From Torpedo marmorata (lineage: Eukaryota): a stretch of DNA of 64,000 nt. The position numbers and the translations under genes are program-made. Positions 62,505-64,000 of this stretch are shown here, one piece after another (within the stretch, counting starts at the first letter, position 1; every line of letters starts with the position of its first letter). Location: NCBI GenBank assembly GCA_977017645.1, contig OZ360242.1:61814001-61878000 (forward strand), in the 5' to 3' direction. Below the pieces are notes generated by a model. The model did no database searches and was not told the origin of the DNA. It worked only from the letters and a program-made list of their open reading frames with translations.

Positions 62505-63023
62505 CTTCAATATTGTGTTCAGTTCTCATCGCCTCATTGCAGGAAGAACGTGGAAGCTTCAGAGAGGGTGCAGATTTACCAGGATGTTGCCTGGGTTGGA
62601 GAACGTGTTTTATGAACATTGACCAAGCTAGTACGTTTCTTTTTAGAGCGACGGAGGATGAGAGGTGACTTAATAGAGATGTATAAGATATGGAAGGCGT
62701 AGATAGGGTGGACAGCCAACATCTTTTTCCCAGGGCGGCAATGGCAAATACCAGAGGGCATCTGTTTAAGGTGAGTGGAGGAAAGTTTAGAGGAGACATC
62801 ACAGATAAAGTTTTTTTAGAGTGGTGGGTGCCTGAAATGCATGACCAGGGGTGGTGGTGGAAGCTGGTACAATAGTGACATTTAAGATTCCTAGATAGGC
62901 ACATGGATGTGAGAAAAATAGAGGATTGGGATGGGGAAGATTGATGCTGGAAAAGTTTTATATAGGTTGGCACAACATTGTGGGCCAAAGGGCCTGTACT
63001 CTGCTGTACTGTTCTATGTTCTA
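62505..63023 (+). mobile_element. CR1 (HER1-like) 3' fragment
   Basis: MEGVDRVDSQHLFPR..TRGHLFKVSGGKFRGD; tail GGGCCAAAGGGCCTGTACTCTGCTGTACTGTTCTATGTTCTA. Confidence 0.88.
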
Positions 63024-63051
63024 ATGCTGGCCGTTCCCTGCCATCATCATA

Positions 63052-64000
63052 CTTTTTTTTAAATTATTATTTTATTTAAACTTTTAATCACAAAATACAT
63101 AAAATATATAATCATCAAAATACATGTGATACATTTTTCACCCCCCCCCACCTCCCTCCCCTCCCTAACCCCCCATCCCCACTAATCTAATAATATAAGT
63201 AAAAATAAAAGTAGAAATAGAAAAAAAAGAAAGGAAAAGATAGTGTAAGGGGAATATCATCTATAAACTAATTCTATTACGGAGGTCAAGTATGCCAGTA
63301 GATCCGATATCTAGAGATCTTCAAATCCCTAATCCCACAGCTCTCATATATGGGCTCCAAATTTTCAAAAAGAAATGATATTTATTACGTAAATTATAAG
63401 TAATTTTTTCCAGTGGTATACACGAACGAAGCTCTGCATGCCATCTTTCTAATCCTAAATCTAAATCGGATTTCCAAGTAATAGCAATGCATTTTTTTGA
63501 AACCGCTAAAGCAATTCGTAAAAATTCTACTTGAAACATATTTAATTTCTTTTTAATACTAAATTTTCTAATATCTCCAAATAAAAATAACATCGGATCC
63601 ATTGGAAATGTAATATTAAATACTTTATCTAAAAATTTTTTAACTTTCAACCAAAAATCTTGAATCTTTGGACAAAACCATGTACATAGTCCTGATAATG
63701 TCGGATTAAATTTCTTAAATTTTTTAGGTGTTAAATACAATTGGTGAAAGAAATTATACTGTACTAATCTATATCTAACATTAATAATTTTTGTCATACT
63801 TAACTTACATAGATCTTTCCAATGATTTTCATCTATATTTACATTTAAATCTAATTCCCATTTTAATCTTGATTTATGCAATCCTATTTTAGGCATTTTC
63901 CTCTGAAACAATTTATACATTTGAGAAATAAATTTATTAACTTCTCCATTAGTAACTAATAATTCTAATTCATTTTGTCTTGGTAAAATCAAAGCATGAC
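63052..64000 (-). mobile_element. L1 3' end (ORF2 C-terminus, 3' UTR, polyA), continuing beyond the window
   Basis: ORF 63321-63992 (RYRLVQYNFFHQLYLTP..AVSKKCIAITWKSD..SCIPLEKITYNLRNKY) is homologous to the C-terminus of the L1 at 2016-3443. Minus-strand AATAAA lies near 63072. Confidence 0.93.

Noticed and set aside
1-64000. prokaryotic RT-based systems (retron, DGR, group II intron) or an intact autonomous element
   Set aside because: All RT sequences are eukaryotic L1, Rex1, CR1, Penelope or Gypsy types, and every copy is truncated or frameshifted.

Overview
Eukaryotic vertebrate DNA. HE1-type V-SINEs, Deu-domain SINEs, and CR1, Rex1 and Penelope repeats point to an elasmobranch (shark or ray); this is an inference. 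The whole window lies inside one + strand gene, CASKIN1. Seven short coding exons (8170-8268, 20425-20528, 26803-26887, 29828-29925, 40380-40490, 45265-45366, 57257-57395) splice in compatible phases and encode the post-SH3 linker with the EEIWVLRK CASK-interaction motif, SAM1 and most of SAM2. The introns are filled with decayed L1, Rex1/Babar, CR1, Penelope and Gypsy elements, tRNA- and 5S-derived SINEs, and hAT and Tigger MITEs; nearly all long ORFs in the supplied track are LINE fragments. The most interesting observations are: (i) a 34-nt exon with strong splice sites that begins with an in-frame TAA and is followed by a dense YCAY (Nova-type) cluster, a candidate poison-exon switch just before the SAM domains; (ii) further frame-preserving candidate microexons, one in a TGCATG (Rbfox) cluster; (iii) a Rex1 copy inserted antisense into another Rex1 copy, forming a hairpin of about 1.5 kb; (iv) a 5S-rRNA-headed SINE with a Rex1-like tail; (v) a composite hAT MITE and a Tigger MITE carrying captured SINE promoters; (vi) Penelope hammerhead-like motifs. 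All candidate exons are predictions from sequence alone. Repeat boundaries are approximate unless TIRs or TSDs are quoted.
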